Source of the DNA: a virus | DNA length: 64,000 nt | Strand: one strand, 5' to 3' | IMG/VR virus record: IMGVR_UViG_3300028738_000014 | Shown: positions 17,385 through 26,119 of the stretch, one piece after another | Numbering within the stretch: the stretch's first letter is position 1 | Layout: each line of letters begins with the position of its first letter | Program-made: the position numbers and the translations under genes | The notes under the pieces: model-generated | Databases searched by the model: none | What the model was told of the DNA's origin: nothing | The model's input: only the letters and a program-made list of their open reading frames with translations

Positions 17385-17993
17385 ATGAAAAAGCTAATTT
17401 ACATCCTATTTACGCTATTATTTATTATTAGTTGTTCAAGTCTTAAGAAAACTAATCAAACGTCCTTAAAAACGTCCGTGGATAGCAAAGCGAGTCTTTC
17501 AAAGGATATAAAACAATCTACTGATTCATCTTTGACCGATAAATCGAAAACAAACAAAGAAAAGGAGATTGTAAAAACATTTGATCAGGTAAGTTCACAA
17601 TCTGGAAATATAACAGGCACGCTGAAAACCTACGATCCAACATTACCCATTGATCCAAGTACGGGCAAACATCCGTTAGTTTCTGAGTTAGATTTTACAA
17701 ATAAAACGGTTTCGGATAATAAAGTAAATAATACAGAGAAAATAAATGTCAATTCCGGTATTGTAAACGATATTAAAGTAGCTGTAAAAAAGGGGTTAGA
17801 TGTAAAAGTAGACAGTTCAGCAGAGGTTAAAGCAATAGTAGATCAAAAGGTCTTAACTACAAAATCACGAACTTCGAGTTGGTGGTGGATTGCGATAATA
17901 GTAGCCGGGGGAGTTGGTGCTGGAACGTTTTTATTGAAGAAATTCCCTTTAGTAGTTATTTGGGATAAAATAAAGGGGTTATTTAAAAAGTAA
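17385..17993 (+). CDS. lipoprotein with C-terminal TM helix (unimolecular-spanin-like)
   Basis: Lipobox LLFIISC at N-terminus, C-terminal WWWIAIIVAGGVGAGTFLL; track start 17322 is TTG. Confidence 0.45.
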   Translation: MKKLIYILFTLLFIISCSSLKKTNQTSLKTSVDSKASLSKDIKQSTDSSLTDKSKTNKEKEIVKTFDQVSSQSGNITGTLKTYDPTLPIDPSTGKHPLVSELDFTNKTVSDNKVNNTEKINVNSGIVNDIKVAVKKGLDVKVDSSAEVKAIVDQKVLTTKSRTSSWWWIAIIVAGGVGAGTFLLKKFPLVVIWDKIKGLFKK

Positions 17994-18198
17994 CACCATG
18001 AAAGCACTTAATCTTATAGCTGAATTAGAGGAATTAATCAACTCATTTGGCCCTCAATGGAATTTATTCGGGGTTTTAGATAAAATTAAATCGCTGCTAA
18101 AGGATTTAAGGGCAGAAATTGAAAGTATTTGATATATATTAAGGTGGTTAGTTGAATTCATAATGTGATTTTTTCATAGTATTAGGTTTAATTGTAAG

Positions 18199-18228
18199 AA
18201 AAGCCCCGTTGTGAAACGAGGCTTTTCT
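18199..18228. terminator. bidirectional terminator between convergent modules
   Basis: Hairpin AGCCCCGTT-GTGA-AACGAGGCT flanked by A4 and T4. Confidence 0.5.
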
Positions 18229-18232
18229 GTAT

Positions 18233-18538
18233 TTATAAATTCAATAACGCTAACAATCTCTCTAAATACTTATCCGGTATTGGTCTATGACCATTTAGAT
18301 ACTTTGTTAAACTATTATTATCATATCCTAAAAAAATGGCTACTTCGCGAATAGATAACTTTTCTTTATAAATTGCCTCTTTGATTTCTTTACGTAGGTC
18401 CCTGGCAACAAAGTATTTTTCAAGTTTTGTATCATAAATAATCCTGTATCCTTCCTTATCTAATTCAGCCGAAACGCTGATAAAAGTATCCGGTGAATCA
18501 ATTTCTTGTAATTTATTTATTAAATCTATTGTTTTCAT
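18233..18538 (-). CDS. HTH (XRE-like) domain protein
   Basis: C-terminal LSIREVAIFLGYDNNSLTKYLNGHRPIP helix-turn-helix. Confidence 0.5.
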   Translation of the reverse strand: MKTIDLINKLQEIDSPDTFISVSAELDKEGYRIIYDTKLEKYFVARDLRKEIKEAIYKEKLSIREVAIFLGYDNNSLTKYLNGHRPIPDKYLERLLALLNL

Positions 18539-18678
18539 AAAATAATTATTTATATTTGTCGCTCTAATTGAACCGTTTGGAATTGAAATAAATTTAATTG
18601 TTAGACGCTTTTTAATTATTTCGTCTGAATCTTCAAAATTGTAAGGGAACCGGTGTAAATCGGTTCCCTTTTTTTGGC

Positions 18679-19533
18679 TTAATTTTCTTCATCACGTTCA
18701 CTTACGGTTGCAATTTCCCAACTTGTTGCCCAAGCTGATTTTACAAATCCGTATTTTTCGCCTTTATAATATATGAAACCGTTTGATTCGCTTTCAGAAC
18801 TGCAATTTTCATAATCTTCAAGTATTTCATCTTCTAATTCTGAATCAATTCTTTCCAAATCGGTTGGGTAATCAGTATCTAATGTAACGGTCTGATGATT
18901 GTTCCCATTCCAATAATTGTAGGTCTCTGAAATTTCTGTATGAGTTTCGTTTTCTTCTTTCCAGTTTTCAAAGAATTCAACCATTTTCCCAAATTCAGGG
19001 AATATACCGGAATCTTCATTATCTGACAACAATTCCACTAAATCACGACTTGTTAAATCATTGTCATCCATCAAAGATCCAATTCCAAAATTACCGGATA
19101 AAGCGATATAAAAATCTAAGTGAATATCGCATGATGAATTTTCAAAAGCATAGCAACCTGCATTATAGCAACCTACTTGTTGACCGTTATTATCATAAGT
19201 TTCGCATAATTTTTTTGTTTCAAACCATCCTTCTCTTACTAATAGTAATTCGTCTGACATTGTATTACGAATTATCATTAAATCATCACTTTTAAGTTTA
19301 TAATTGAAATTTGAATTTACAAAGTCTCTAATTTCTTGAATGTAACGTTTTCTTGCATCTTTATTTTCTTCAAAATCGGTTATTTCTTCGTCAGATAAGA
19401 ACCATAACCATCCCTGGTCCTGTGCTTCTGTGTCAGCTAAAATATACTCAGCAGCATTACCACCATTTTCAATAATTGACTTTTTGTTATCAGATACGTA
19501 AGAATTCAATAATGTTTCGATTGAAGTTTTCAT
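18679..19533 (-). CDS. highly acidic protein (D/E-rich, 284 aa)
   Basis: Own promoter box (TATCTTTG on - strand at 19582-19589) and flanking terminators. Confidence 0.5.
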   Translation of the reverse strand: MKTSIETLLNSYVSDNKKSIIENGGNAAEYILADTEAQDQGWLWFLSDEEITDFEENKDARKRYIQEIRDFVNSNFNYKLKSDDLMIIRNTMSDELLLVREGWFETKKLCETYDNNGQQVGCYNAGCYAFENSSCDIHLDFYIALSGNFGIGSLMDDNDLTSRDLVELLSDNEDSGIFPEFGKMVEFFENWKEENETHTEISETYNYWNGNNHQTVTLDTDYPTDLERIDSELEDEILEDYENCSSESESNGFIYYKGEKYGFVKSAWATSWEIATVSERDEEN

Positions 19534-19691
19534 AATGTTTATTTTTTAATTGTTAGACGTTTAATTTCTTTTTGATGATACAAAGATAGTCATATTTGAC
19601 TATATAAACCAAATTATTTGTGTTAAATCTTAGTTAAATCTTTCAATAAGCTATATAAAACAAAAAAAACCGCCATTTCTGACGGTTTCAC

Positions 19692-20174
19692 CTATTTTAA
19701 ATACTCTTTCATCTCGTCAATCGCATTTCCAACGCTCCGAACAATTACATACTTACTACCACAACTCTCTGCCTGTTGTTGAAATAATAGTTGTTCATCC
19801 GATTGATTGCCTTGTTGAGTTTTAAACTCCATTAGAAGGCTTGCAAATCCTTTTTTAGGTATAAGAAGGATTACGTCGGGAACTCCTGGCTTCAATCCTT
19901 GCCTTTTAAGATTCTTAGCTTCAATCGGATTCCTGGATCCACCATTCGGAACGGAAAAAAGTAACTTATCTGGTAATTTCGGGAAGAACGTCGGAACAAC
20001 TTTAAAAAACTCTGATTGGATATCCGCTTCTTCATGACCTATTTTTCTTTTTCCTTTCTTTGGTTCTGCAGCATCCTTTTTATTTGTATAACAAAGATAA
20101 CAAACAAATCCTTCAGGAGTTTCAATGACCGATACTTTCGGTTTATGGCAATGTATGCAAATTTCTTCTTTCAT
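19692..20174 (-). CDS. VRR-NUC domain nuclease
   Basis: GVPDVILLIP...LLMEFKTQQGNQSDEQ matches the VRR-NUC (PD-(D/E)XK) core. Confidence 0.6.
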   Translation of the reverse strand: MKEEICIHCHKPKVSVIETPEGFVCYLCYTNKKDAAEPKKGKRKIGHEEADIQSEFFKVVPTFFPKLPDKLLFSVPNGGSRNPIEAKNLKRQGLKPGVPDVILLIPKKGFASLLMEFKTQQGNQSDEQLLFQQQAESCGSKYVIVRSVGNAIDEMKEYLK

Positions 20175-20176
20175 AG

Positions 20177-20488
20177 TTATAAATTAAATGTATCTTCAGC
20201 AGTTGGTCTACATGGATTAAATTGGACAGTGTAACCAAGTGCTTTCATTTTTAGAATATCAGTTTCGATTACTCCGACAAATGCAGGGAATTTATTATGT
20301 CCACAACAGCACCCCGTTGTTATAATACCCATCTTCCATAACTCCTGAATTTCTTCCAATATGCAGGAGTCGATACAAATTGTATGAGATGAGGTTCCTT
20401 CGCATCGACCTATCATATGTTTAGGTCGATTGACTTCGATTTGATTGGCATAACTGCCTGATTCAACGTTTTTACAATTGCACATCAT
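20177..20488 (-). CDS. Cys-rich protein, CCGH family (paralogue 2 of 3)
   Basis: DSCI...GCCCGHN shared with the 2949 and 48577 products. Confidence 0.45.
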   Translation of the reverse strand: MMCNCKNVESGSYANQIEVNRPKHMIGRCEGTSSHTICIDSCILEEIQELWKMGIITTGCCCGHNKFPAFVGVIETDILKMKALGYTVQFNPCRPTAEDTFNL

Positions 20489-20489
20489 A

Positions 20490-21038
20490 TTATTTACTTG
20501 TTTGCTTATTCATATTCATGCCCTCACTCATCCAACTCTGATCCTGGATAAGTCTAAAAGTCTTTACCTCCGCCCATGAAGTTATTCTCACCGTCAAATC
20601 GCCAAGACCGTAATTTTTTTCAATCAACTTATCCAAAATATTTTGCTCCATTTTGATTGTATCTACGACATCTGAATTAGTTATTCGAATATACCCGGAT
20701 ATTTCACTCATTACAATTCCGGCCAATGTTAGTTCCGGATGCGAAATTGTATTATAAAGAGTAAATATATCTACGATTGAATACGTCATTACCGATTTGA
20801 CTGTTATTGTTTTATTATCCAACGTAGAAATGGTCTGAATGGGTAAATCTACAGTTCTTAATCTTATTTGCTGAACATATATTTGATCAATAAACGGAAT
20901 TTTAAAGTAGAACCCCTCTTTCAAAACCTTACAGTTTTTACCAAATCGAATAAATACAGCTTGCTCCCATGGAGTGACGGTAAACCACCAAGAAAATATT
21001 TCTTTTATAAACGAAATCAATTGTCCAAATACTTCCAT
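20490..21038 (-). CDS. SPFH/band-7 domain protein
   Basis: PWEQAVFIRFGK...VLKEGFYFKIPFIDQIYVQQIR resembles the SPFH (HflK/C, stomatin) N-terminal core. Confidence 0.5.
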   Translation of the reverse strand: MEVFGQLISFIKEIFSWWFTVTPWEQAVFIRFGKNCKVLKEGFYFKIPFIDQIYVQQIRLRTVDLPIQTISTLDNKTITVKSVMTYSIVDIFTLYNTISHPELTLAGIVMSEISGYIRITNSDVVDTIKMEQNILDKLIEKNYGLGDLTVRITSWAEVKTFRLIQDQSWMSEGMNMNKQTSK

Positions 21039-21059
21039 AATTTATTTGTTTATAGTTAT

Positions 21060-21296
21060 TTACTCTTCGTCATTTAATGATTTAAACTTACCAAATACAG
21101 TCTCACAAACTTTTTTCATTCCGGAAATTAATCCGGATCCACCTTCTTTACATCTTGAAAGAAATATCCATTTATTTCCATCATCATAAACCAACATAGC
21201 TGCTTTAGTTTGCAATCTATCGACAGCTGCTTTAAGTATTTCTTCATCTGTTAGTTGAGATACAGGTAAATCTCTTATTTCACGAATGTTTCTCAT
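21060..21296 (-). CDS. hypothetical protein
   Basis: ORF. Confidence 0.4.
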   Translation of the reverse strand: MRNIREIRDLPVSQLTDEEILKAAVDRLQTKAAMLVYDDGNKWIFLSRCKEGGSGLISGMKKVCETVFGKFKSLNDEE

Positions 21297-21823
21297 AATG
21301 CTCTCCTTAGTGAGTGATAACGATAATATGTGCTTTCAAGTAGCTTTAAAATTATTCTATCAGTAGCTTTTTCCTTTGAAAGTTTAGGAGCGACCTTGAC
21401 AACTTTAAAATATGGATTTACATAAGAAGTATCGATATAAATTAATCCGGCGAACTCCGGAACTTCATCGACTGAAATAAGATCTTTCGGAACTATATAA
21501 TAAAAGTAATTCACGCGGGATCCGGATTGAAGGATATCATATTTTACATGTTTGCAAGGCTGCCATACACCATCTATTTCTTTGTTTCCAGATCGTTGTT
21601 TCTTTGCATCGGCTTTAAAATCCGCCCGGGTAATTTTCACCTCATATTCGTACAAATATCCGGACTTAGTCAGTTCAACGATATCACACTCCCAACTACC
21701 AATGTATGTATTCGGGAAAACCTTCGTTTGAGGCTTATTCCGTAGCACGTCATTGATATACGATTGTATGATATCGTTAGCTGAAAGCTTTTGATCTACA
21801 AATAGATTAGGTTGATTGTTCAT
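21293..21823 (-). CDS. putative PD-(D/E)XK-like nuclease
   Basis: ECDIVELTKSGYLYEYEVKITRADF suggests a D...E.K catalytic motif. Confidence 0.35.
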   Translation of the reverse strand: MNNQPNLFVDQKLSANDIIQSYINDVLRNKPQTKVFPNTYIGSWECDIVELTKSGYLYEYEVKITRADFKADAKKQRSGNKEIDGVWQPCKHVKYDILQSGSRVNYFYYIVPKDLISVDEVPEFAGLIYIDTSYVNPYFKVVKVAPKLSKEKATDRIILKLLESTYYRYHSLRRAL

Positions 21824-22337
21824 TGTTATTCACATAATTAATTATGGATTCATGAGAAAAAGTATTCAAATATGCTTCTTCGCTTAATTCATAATCCCAA
21901 AAACTTAGTTTTCCTTTTACGTTTTCAATTGGATTATCGAAAAGGATAGGATTTGCAAGTACCCAATTATAAACAGGGACTTCAACCATGAATATTTCGC
22001 CAGCAATCTTTTTTTTCTTAATGGCTGTATGTTGAGCCCAAATAGATTCATGATTGGGTACGCAATCAACTATTTCAACCGAACCGATAATTCGAGAAGT
22101 TTGTTTATATGAATCAAATACATGGATCATAGTATCTACATCCTCCCCTTCAAAGATTAATTCGGCTTGATCTCCTGTAAATATTTTATATGGTTCTTTA
22201 TCTGGTATTCCGCTCGAATGAATAAGTATACGTTGTCCTATATACTTTTCAGGGCATTTCCAAGTACGGTTTTCAATAGGTTTGATATTAGCACAGATTA
22301 ACCATGCCCAGGGATTTTTTACTGATAGTACTTTCAT
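21807..22337 (-). CDS. ASCH domain protein
   Basis: VLSVKNPWAWLICANIKPIENRTW...ILIHSS matches the ASCH/PUA-like opening. Confidence 0.55.
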   Translation of the reverse strand: MKVLSVKNPWAWLICANIKPIENRTWKCPEKYIGQRILIHSSGIPDKEPYKIFTGDQAELIFEGEDVDTMIHVFDSYKQTSRIIGSVEIVDCVPNHESIWAQHTAIKKKKIAGEIFMVEVPVYNWVLANPILFDNPIENVKGKLSFWDYELSEEAYLNTFSHESIINYVNNNEQST

Positions 22338-22341
22338 AGTC

Positions 22342-22476
22342 TTAATTATAACGCCCGTTAGAGTTAACGTGGTGGGTCTTCACGTGTTGTCTGTGTTGAG
22401 GTTTACCGTATAAACCATGATCAACACACCCGGAAAGGAATAAGGATATTACAGCCAAAAGAATTAGTTTTTTCAT
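22342..22476 (-). CDS. small lipoprotein (44 aa), not in ORF track
   Basis: MKKLILLAVISLFLSGC lipobox; ATGA overlap with upstream small ORF. Confidence 0.3.
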   Translation of the reverse strand: MKKLILLAVISLFLSGCVDHGLYGKPQHRQHVKTHHVNSNGRYN

Positions 22477-22605
22477 ATTTTATTTATTAAATCGTAAATA
22501 AATGCGAGAAGTAGTAGTACAATTACGAATAAACCAAGAAAAATGGCTTTTAAATTACCCAAAGAATTCTGTTTCCTTAGTTCTTCGTTTTCAAATCGAT
22601 ATTGA

Positions 22606-22857
22606 TCAGGTGTTTTCATTTTGTATTATTTTGTAACCCATTTCTTTTAAAAATTGATCAACAGGTACCGGGTTAAATCGCAATAACCCTTTTGGATTAG
22701 ATTTTAAATTTTCCGGATACGCGCTTACTTTATGTTCTTCAGCCCACTTTATGAATTGAGCAGTTTTTGAAAACTCAATTTTAAGAGCGAAAAACTCCCA
22801 ATTAAATAAATCCTTCGATTGTCCGGTCGGATTAATTAGAGTGATTGATTTAGCCAT
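22606..22857 (-). CDS. hypothetical protein
   Basis: ORF; 8-nt overlap with upstream gene. Confidence 0.4.
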   Translation of the reverse strand: MAKSITLINPTGQSKDLFNWEFFALKIEFSKTAQFIKWAEEHKVSAYPENLKSNPKGLLRFNPVPVDQFLKEMGYKIIQNENT

Positions 22858-23839
22858 TTTTTAAAGATTCTTCATATTCAGTTCTCATAACCGGTTCGAG
22901 CACTTTCCAACATTCCGGACAAAACCAATTACCAGCTGAGTCGCTTTCCATATCTTCAATATCAAATTCTTTGTTGCATGAAGTACATTCTTCAAGGCAT
23001 TCATCCCCGCCAGTGAATATGTTGTACTTTCGAGTTACATTACATCTGGCATCGGGAAATATCCCAAAATGCTTTTGAATTGATTCTTTCCAATATACTT
23101 TTGCAGGAAAGTGAGCGAGCGTATTCACTACTTGTAAATTGAAAGATCTAAGTTTATTATAGAAGTGTTTATCTACTTTTTGACCTGACATAAGGCCTAT
23201 TTTGTATAAATCACAATATCCCAACGATAGACGAATCATTTCGTAGCTTCTTTCAAAATCAATGATAGGTTCAATACTTGCAAAGGTCTTGAAACCCGCT
23301 TCATGTAACAGTTTCATGCCTTCAATCCGTTCCTGATTAGTTGATGCTCCCCTTTCAAGTTCATCATACCCTGTAAGAGTAAACCCAAATGCAATAAGTT
23401 TTCTCCATTCCCGATCGGCATTATCAGAATTGGAATGATTAAAATAATTCAAAGTACTTTCGACCCAACCGGCTAGTTTTGTAAGTACTTTAACTGGAAT
23501 TTCGTGTGCATTACAAAACATAATTGCCTTCCAGGTTAAATCCCAAAATTCAGTCAACATCGGATCTGTTGTAAAAGAAAAGAAAAGACCGTGTTTTTGA
23601 AGTTCTGTTTTATTGATTAATACCTCTTTTTTAAATATTTCAAAAGCGGTTATTTCATTAACCAAACATTTTTTAAGTTGAGGTCTATCCATTCCCATAA
23701 CACCTTTAAGAATACCTTTTTTGCAATAACAGTATTCACATCCATTTGAGCAACCTACTACTAAATTACAACCCCAATAACTATATTCCCTCGCTGCTCC
23801 GCTTGGATTATATATCGCCTTACCATTGAATTTTTTCAT
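22850..23839 (-). CDS. Cys-motif enzyme, radical-SAM-like / phage Gp37-Gp68 (DUF5131)-like
   Basis: NPSGAAREYSYWGCNLVVGCSNGCEYCY gives NP..GC...GCxxxCxxC; C-terminal CxxC zinc ribbon. Confidence 0.5.
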   Translation of the reverse strand: MKKFNGKAIYNPSGAAREYSYWGCNLVVGCSNGCEYCYCKKGILKGVMGMDRPQLKKCLVNEITAFEIFKKEVLINKTELQKHGLFFSFTTDPMLTEFWDLTWKAIMFCNAHEIPVKVLTKLAGWVESTLNYFNHSNSDNADREWRKLIAFGFTLTGYDELERGASTNQERIEGMKLLHEAGFKTFASIEPIIDFERSYEMIRLSLGYCDLYKIGLMSGQKVDKHFYNKLRSFNLQVVNTLAHFPAKVYWKESIQKHFGIFPDARCNVTRKYNIFTGGDECLEECTSCNKEFDIEDMESDSAGNWFCPECWKVLEPVMRTEYEESLKNG

Positions 23840-24057
23840 ACTATTTTTCCTTTTGATTTTTGAAAATAAACACTTTCCAGGTCTTCTCTTTCAGTTGCGA
23901 AACAAAGCGGGTCTTTTACTCCTTGAGGGCAGTTTTCACCCTTCTCTTTGAAATAGCACACTCCGCAATGAAATCTATCATACGTTCGTCTACAAGTTAG
24001 TTTGATTCCTTGTAAAACTGTGAGTTTATCGATCTGCAAATTCCTTAAATTTTTCAC
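23836..24057 (-). CDS. small Cys-rich protein (tandem paralogue A)
   Basis: C...VC...F...G..C......C..TER.D...YF pattern shared with 24054..24272. Confidence 0.45.
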   Translation of the reverse strand: MKNLRNLQIDKLTVLQGIKLTCRRTYDRFHCGVCYFKEKGENCPQGVKDPLCFATEREDLESVYFQKSKGKIV

Positions 24058-24272
24058 GCTTCCTGATGTATTAGTTCAAAATAAATCCTTTTACCGTCTT
24101 TTCTTTCAGTTGGCATACAATTTACTTTATCACAGGTTTCGCCCATTCCAGTGTGATCAAAACAACACTTGCGGCACACTGGCAAGTGATTATTTCCTAC
24201 ATGTTCCTTACATACGACATTTTCGCCTCCAATTTGACCCTGTTGATCAATTATAAATTCTTGCTTTCCCAT
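24054..24272 (-). CDS. small Cys-rich protein (tandem paralogue B)
   Basis: Same Cys/TER motif; translationally coupled. Confidence 0.45.
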   Translation of the reverse strand: MGKQEFIIDQQGQIGGENVVCKEHVGNNHLPVCRKCCFDHTGMGETCDKVNCMPTERKDGKRIYFELIHQEA

Positions 24273-24292
24273 TTTAGATTAAGATTAGTGAT

Positions 24293-24478
24293 TTAAACTG
24301 TAGTTGCTTCAATGGGTTCCGGTACTTTTTCTTCAAATACAAATAAAATACTGGTGCAAACATGCTTTGCGTGTAGTTCTGCTCTGTAAATCTCGATATC
24401 CTGAGTCTCAATTCTTTCTTTAAGGACTAATTTGTCCCCGTTTACCATTTTTAAAGTAGCTTTTGTAATTACGTACAT
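24293..24478 (-). CDS. hypothetical small protein
   Basis: ORF. Confidence 0.35.
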   Translation of the reverse strand: MYVITKATLKMVNGDKLVLKERIETQDIEIYRAELHAKHVCTSILFVFEEKVPEPIEATTV

Positions 24479-24490
24479 AATTTTATTATT

Positions 24491-26119
24491 TTAGTTAAAC
24501 ATATCTGCTAATAAATCGAGAGTACTTTCACTTACTTCATCACTTCCACCCATAACGGCGTTGGCGATTCCTTTTTTTGTTTGAATTATTTGATAAACAC
24601 GTTCGTCAATTGTATTTCTACCTGAGAAATACCGTGCTGTAACACTGTCCTTCTGTCCCATACGGTGTGCCCGGTCCTCGCATTGGCAACAATCTGCATC
24701 AGTCCAGGGAAACTCAACAAACGAAACATCTGAACTGGCGGTAAGCGTTAGACCGACTCCGGCAGCTTTAATCGAGCAAATGATAATATTTGTTTTAGAA
24801 CTATTTTGAAAACTATCAACGGCTCTCTGTTTTTGTTCTTGATTTTCCCTTCCTGTTACACATACGGACGATGGAAAAGCGTGTTTAAGTTGATCAACTA
24901 CGATATGAAGAGAGCAAAATATAATCATCTTTTTTCCACTTAGCTGGAAGTCCTTTACGCAGTCTATAACCTCTTTTACTTTCCCTCTTGCAGTAATTTG
25001 TCTAAGTAGAGTTAACCGGACCATTGCAGCACTTTTGAGTGCATTTTTTATATTTTTATCAGTTGCTTCTTTATACTTCTTAAGATATTCTTTCAAATTA
25101 TTTTCAGCGAACTGGTATTCTTCACGGTTACTAATCTCAACTGTTACAAGTTGTCGAACTTTTGCGGGCAACTCTTTTAATACTTTTGCTTTTTCCCTTC
25201 GGAACATGCAATTTTCGTAAAGCATTGCGCTCAATACTTTCAAATTTGATGATTCGGTAGGACCGGCACAGAATTGTTTTTGAAAATTAATGGATCCACC
25301 AAAATCATTAAGCCGGCCAATGATTGAAAGTTGTGGTACCAGGTCCTTTGGTTTATTTACAATCGGGGTTCCTGTTAATCCGATTACATAATCTTTCCCT
25401 TGTGCTATTCCTTTGCAATAATTACTTTGTTGAGTAGAAGAAGATTTACAGCGGTGTATTTCATCAATAATGACCGACTTAAAAATCTTCACATTCTCCT
25501 TAAAAATCACATTTTTGAGTGAAAAATGCTCTGATTGTTTTTCATGCAATACAAAGTATTTCTTCAAAGATTCGTAATTGACTATGAAAACCTGATAAAT
25601 ACCCTGGTTAAAGTAATAAGGCCAATTATCACGCATTTCATCGGTTAATATCATTGCCTTTTTATCGGTAAACTTTGACCATTCACGCTCCCAATTGATC
25701 TTTAAAGAACTTGGACAAATAATAAGACAAGGGAATGATTGCGCTATGTTGATTGTTGCAATGCTTTGCATACTTTTTCCAAGGCCAGGCTCATCGGCAT
25801 TAATGCACCTCTTTAAAACAAGTCCTCTTGCTATTCCTTTGAGTTGATAGTCGCGCGGCTTTAGCTTTAATTGATGCGGAACCAATAAATCTGGCATTTC
25901 AGACTCAATACTTTTCTTTTGCCAATCAACCGGTCCAAATCCTTTAGCACATTCAGCGTAATGTTGAAGTTGAGCTAAAGAGGAGCGGGGTACATTCCAG
26001 GTCTTTAAACTTGGAATGTATTTTGCCCCCTCAATCTTCTTTATTTCACTTGACAATCTTGGATGAAAGTCAAATTCAACAATATATAAATCCGTTGATA
26101 TGTCAAGTTGTATAGTCAT
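24491..26119 (-). CDS. SNF2-family helicase (paralogue 1)
   Basis: Motif I DEPGLGKSMQSIA, motif II DEIHRCKS, C-terminal helicase motifs (QCEDRAHRMGQ). Confidence 0.8.
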   Translation of the reverse strand: MTIQLDISTDLYIVEFDFHPRLSSEIKKIEGAKYIPSLKTWNVPRSSLAQLQHYAECAKGFGPVDWQKKSIESEMPDLLVPHQLKLKPRDYQLKGIARGLVLKRCINADEPGLGKSMQSIATINIAQSFPCLIICPSSLKINWEREWSKFTDKKAMILTDEMRDNWPYYFNQGIYQVFIVNYESLKKYFVLHEKQSEHFSLKNVIFKENVKIFKSVIIDEIHRCKSSSTQQSNYCKGIAQGKDYVIGLTGTPIVNKPKDLVPQLSIIGRLNDFGGSINFQKQFCAGPTESSNLKVLSAMLYENCMFRREKAKVLKELPAKVRQLVTVEISNREEYQFAENNLKEYLKKYKEATDKNIKNALKSAAMVRLTLLRQITARGKVKEVIDCVKDFQLSGKKMIIFCSLHIVVDQLKHAFPSSVCVTGRENQEQKQRAVDSFQNSSKTNIIICSIKAAGVGLTLTASSDVSFVEFPWTDADCCQCEDRAHRMGQKDSVTARYFSGRNTIDERVYQIIQTKKGIANAVMGGSDEVSESTLDLLADMFN

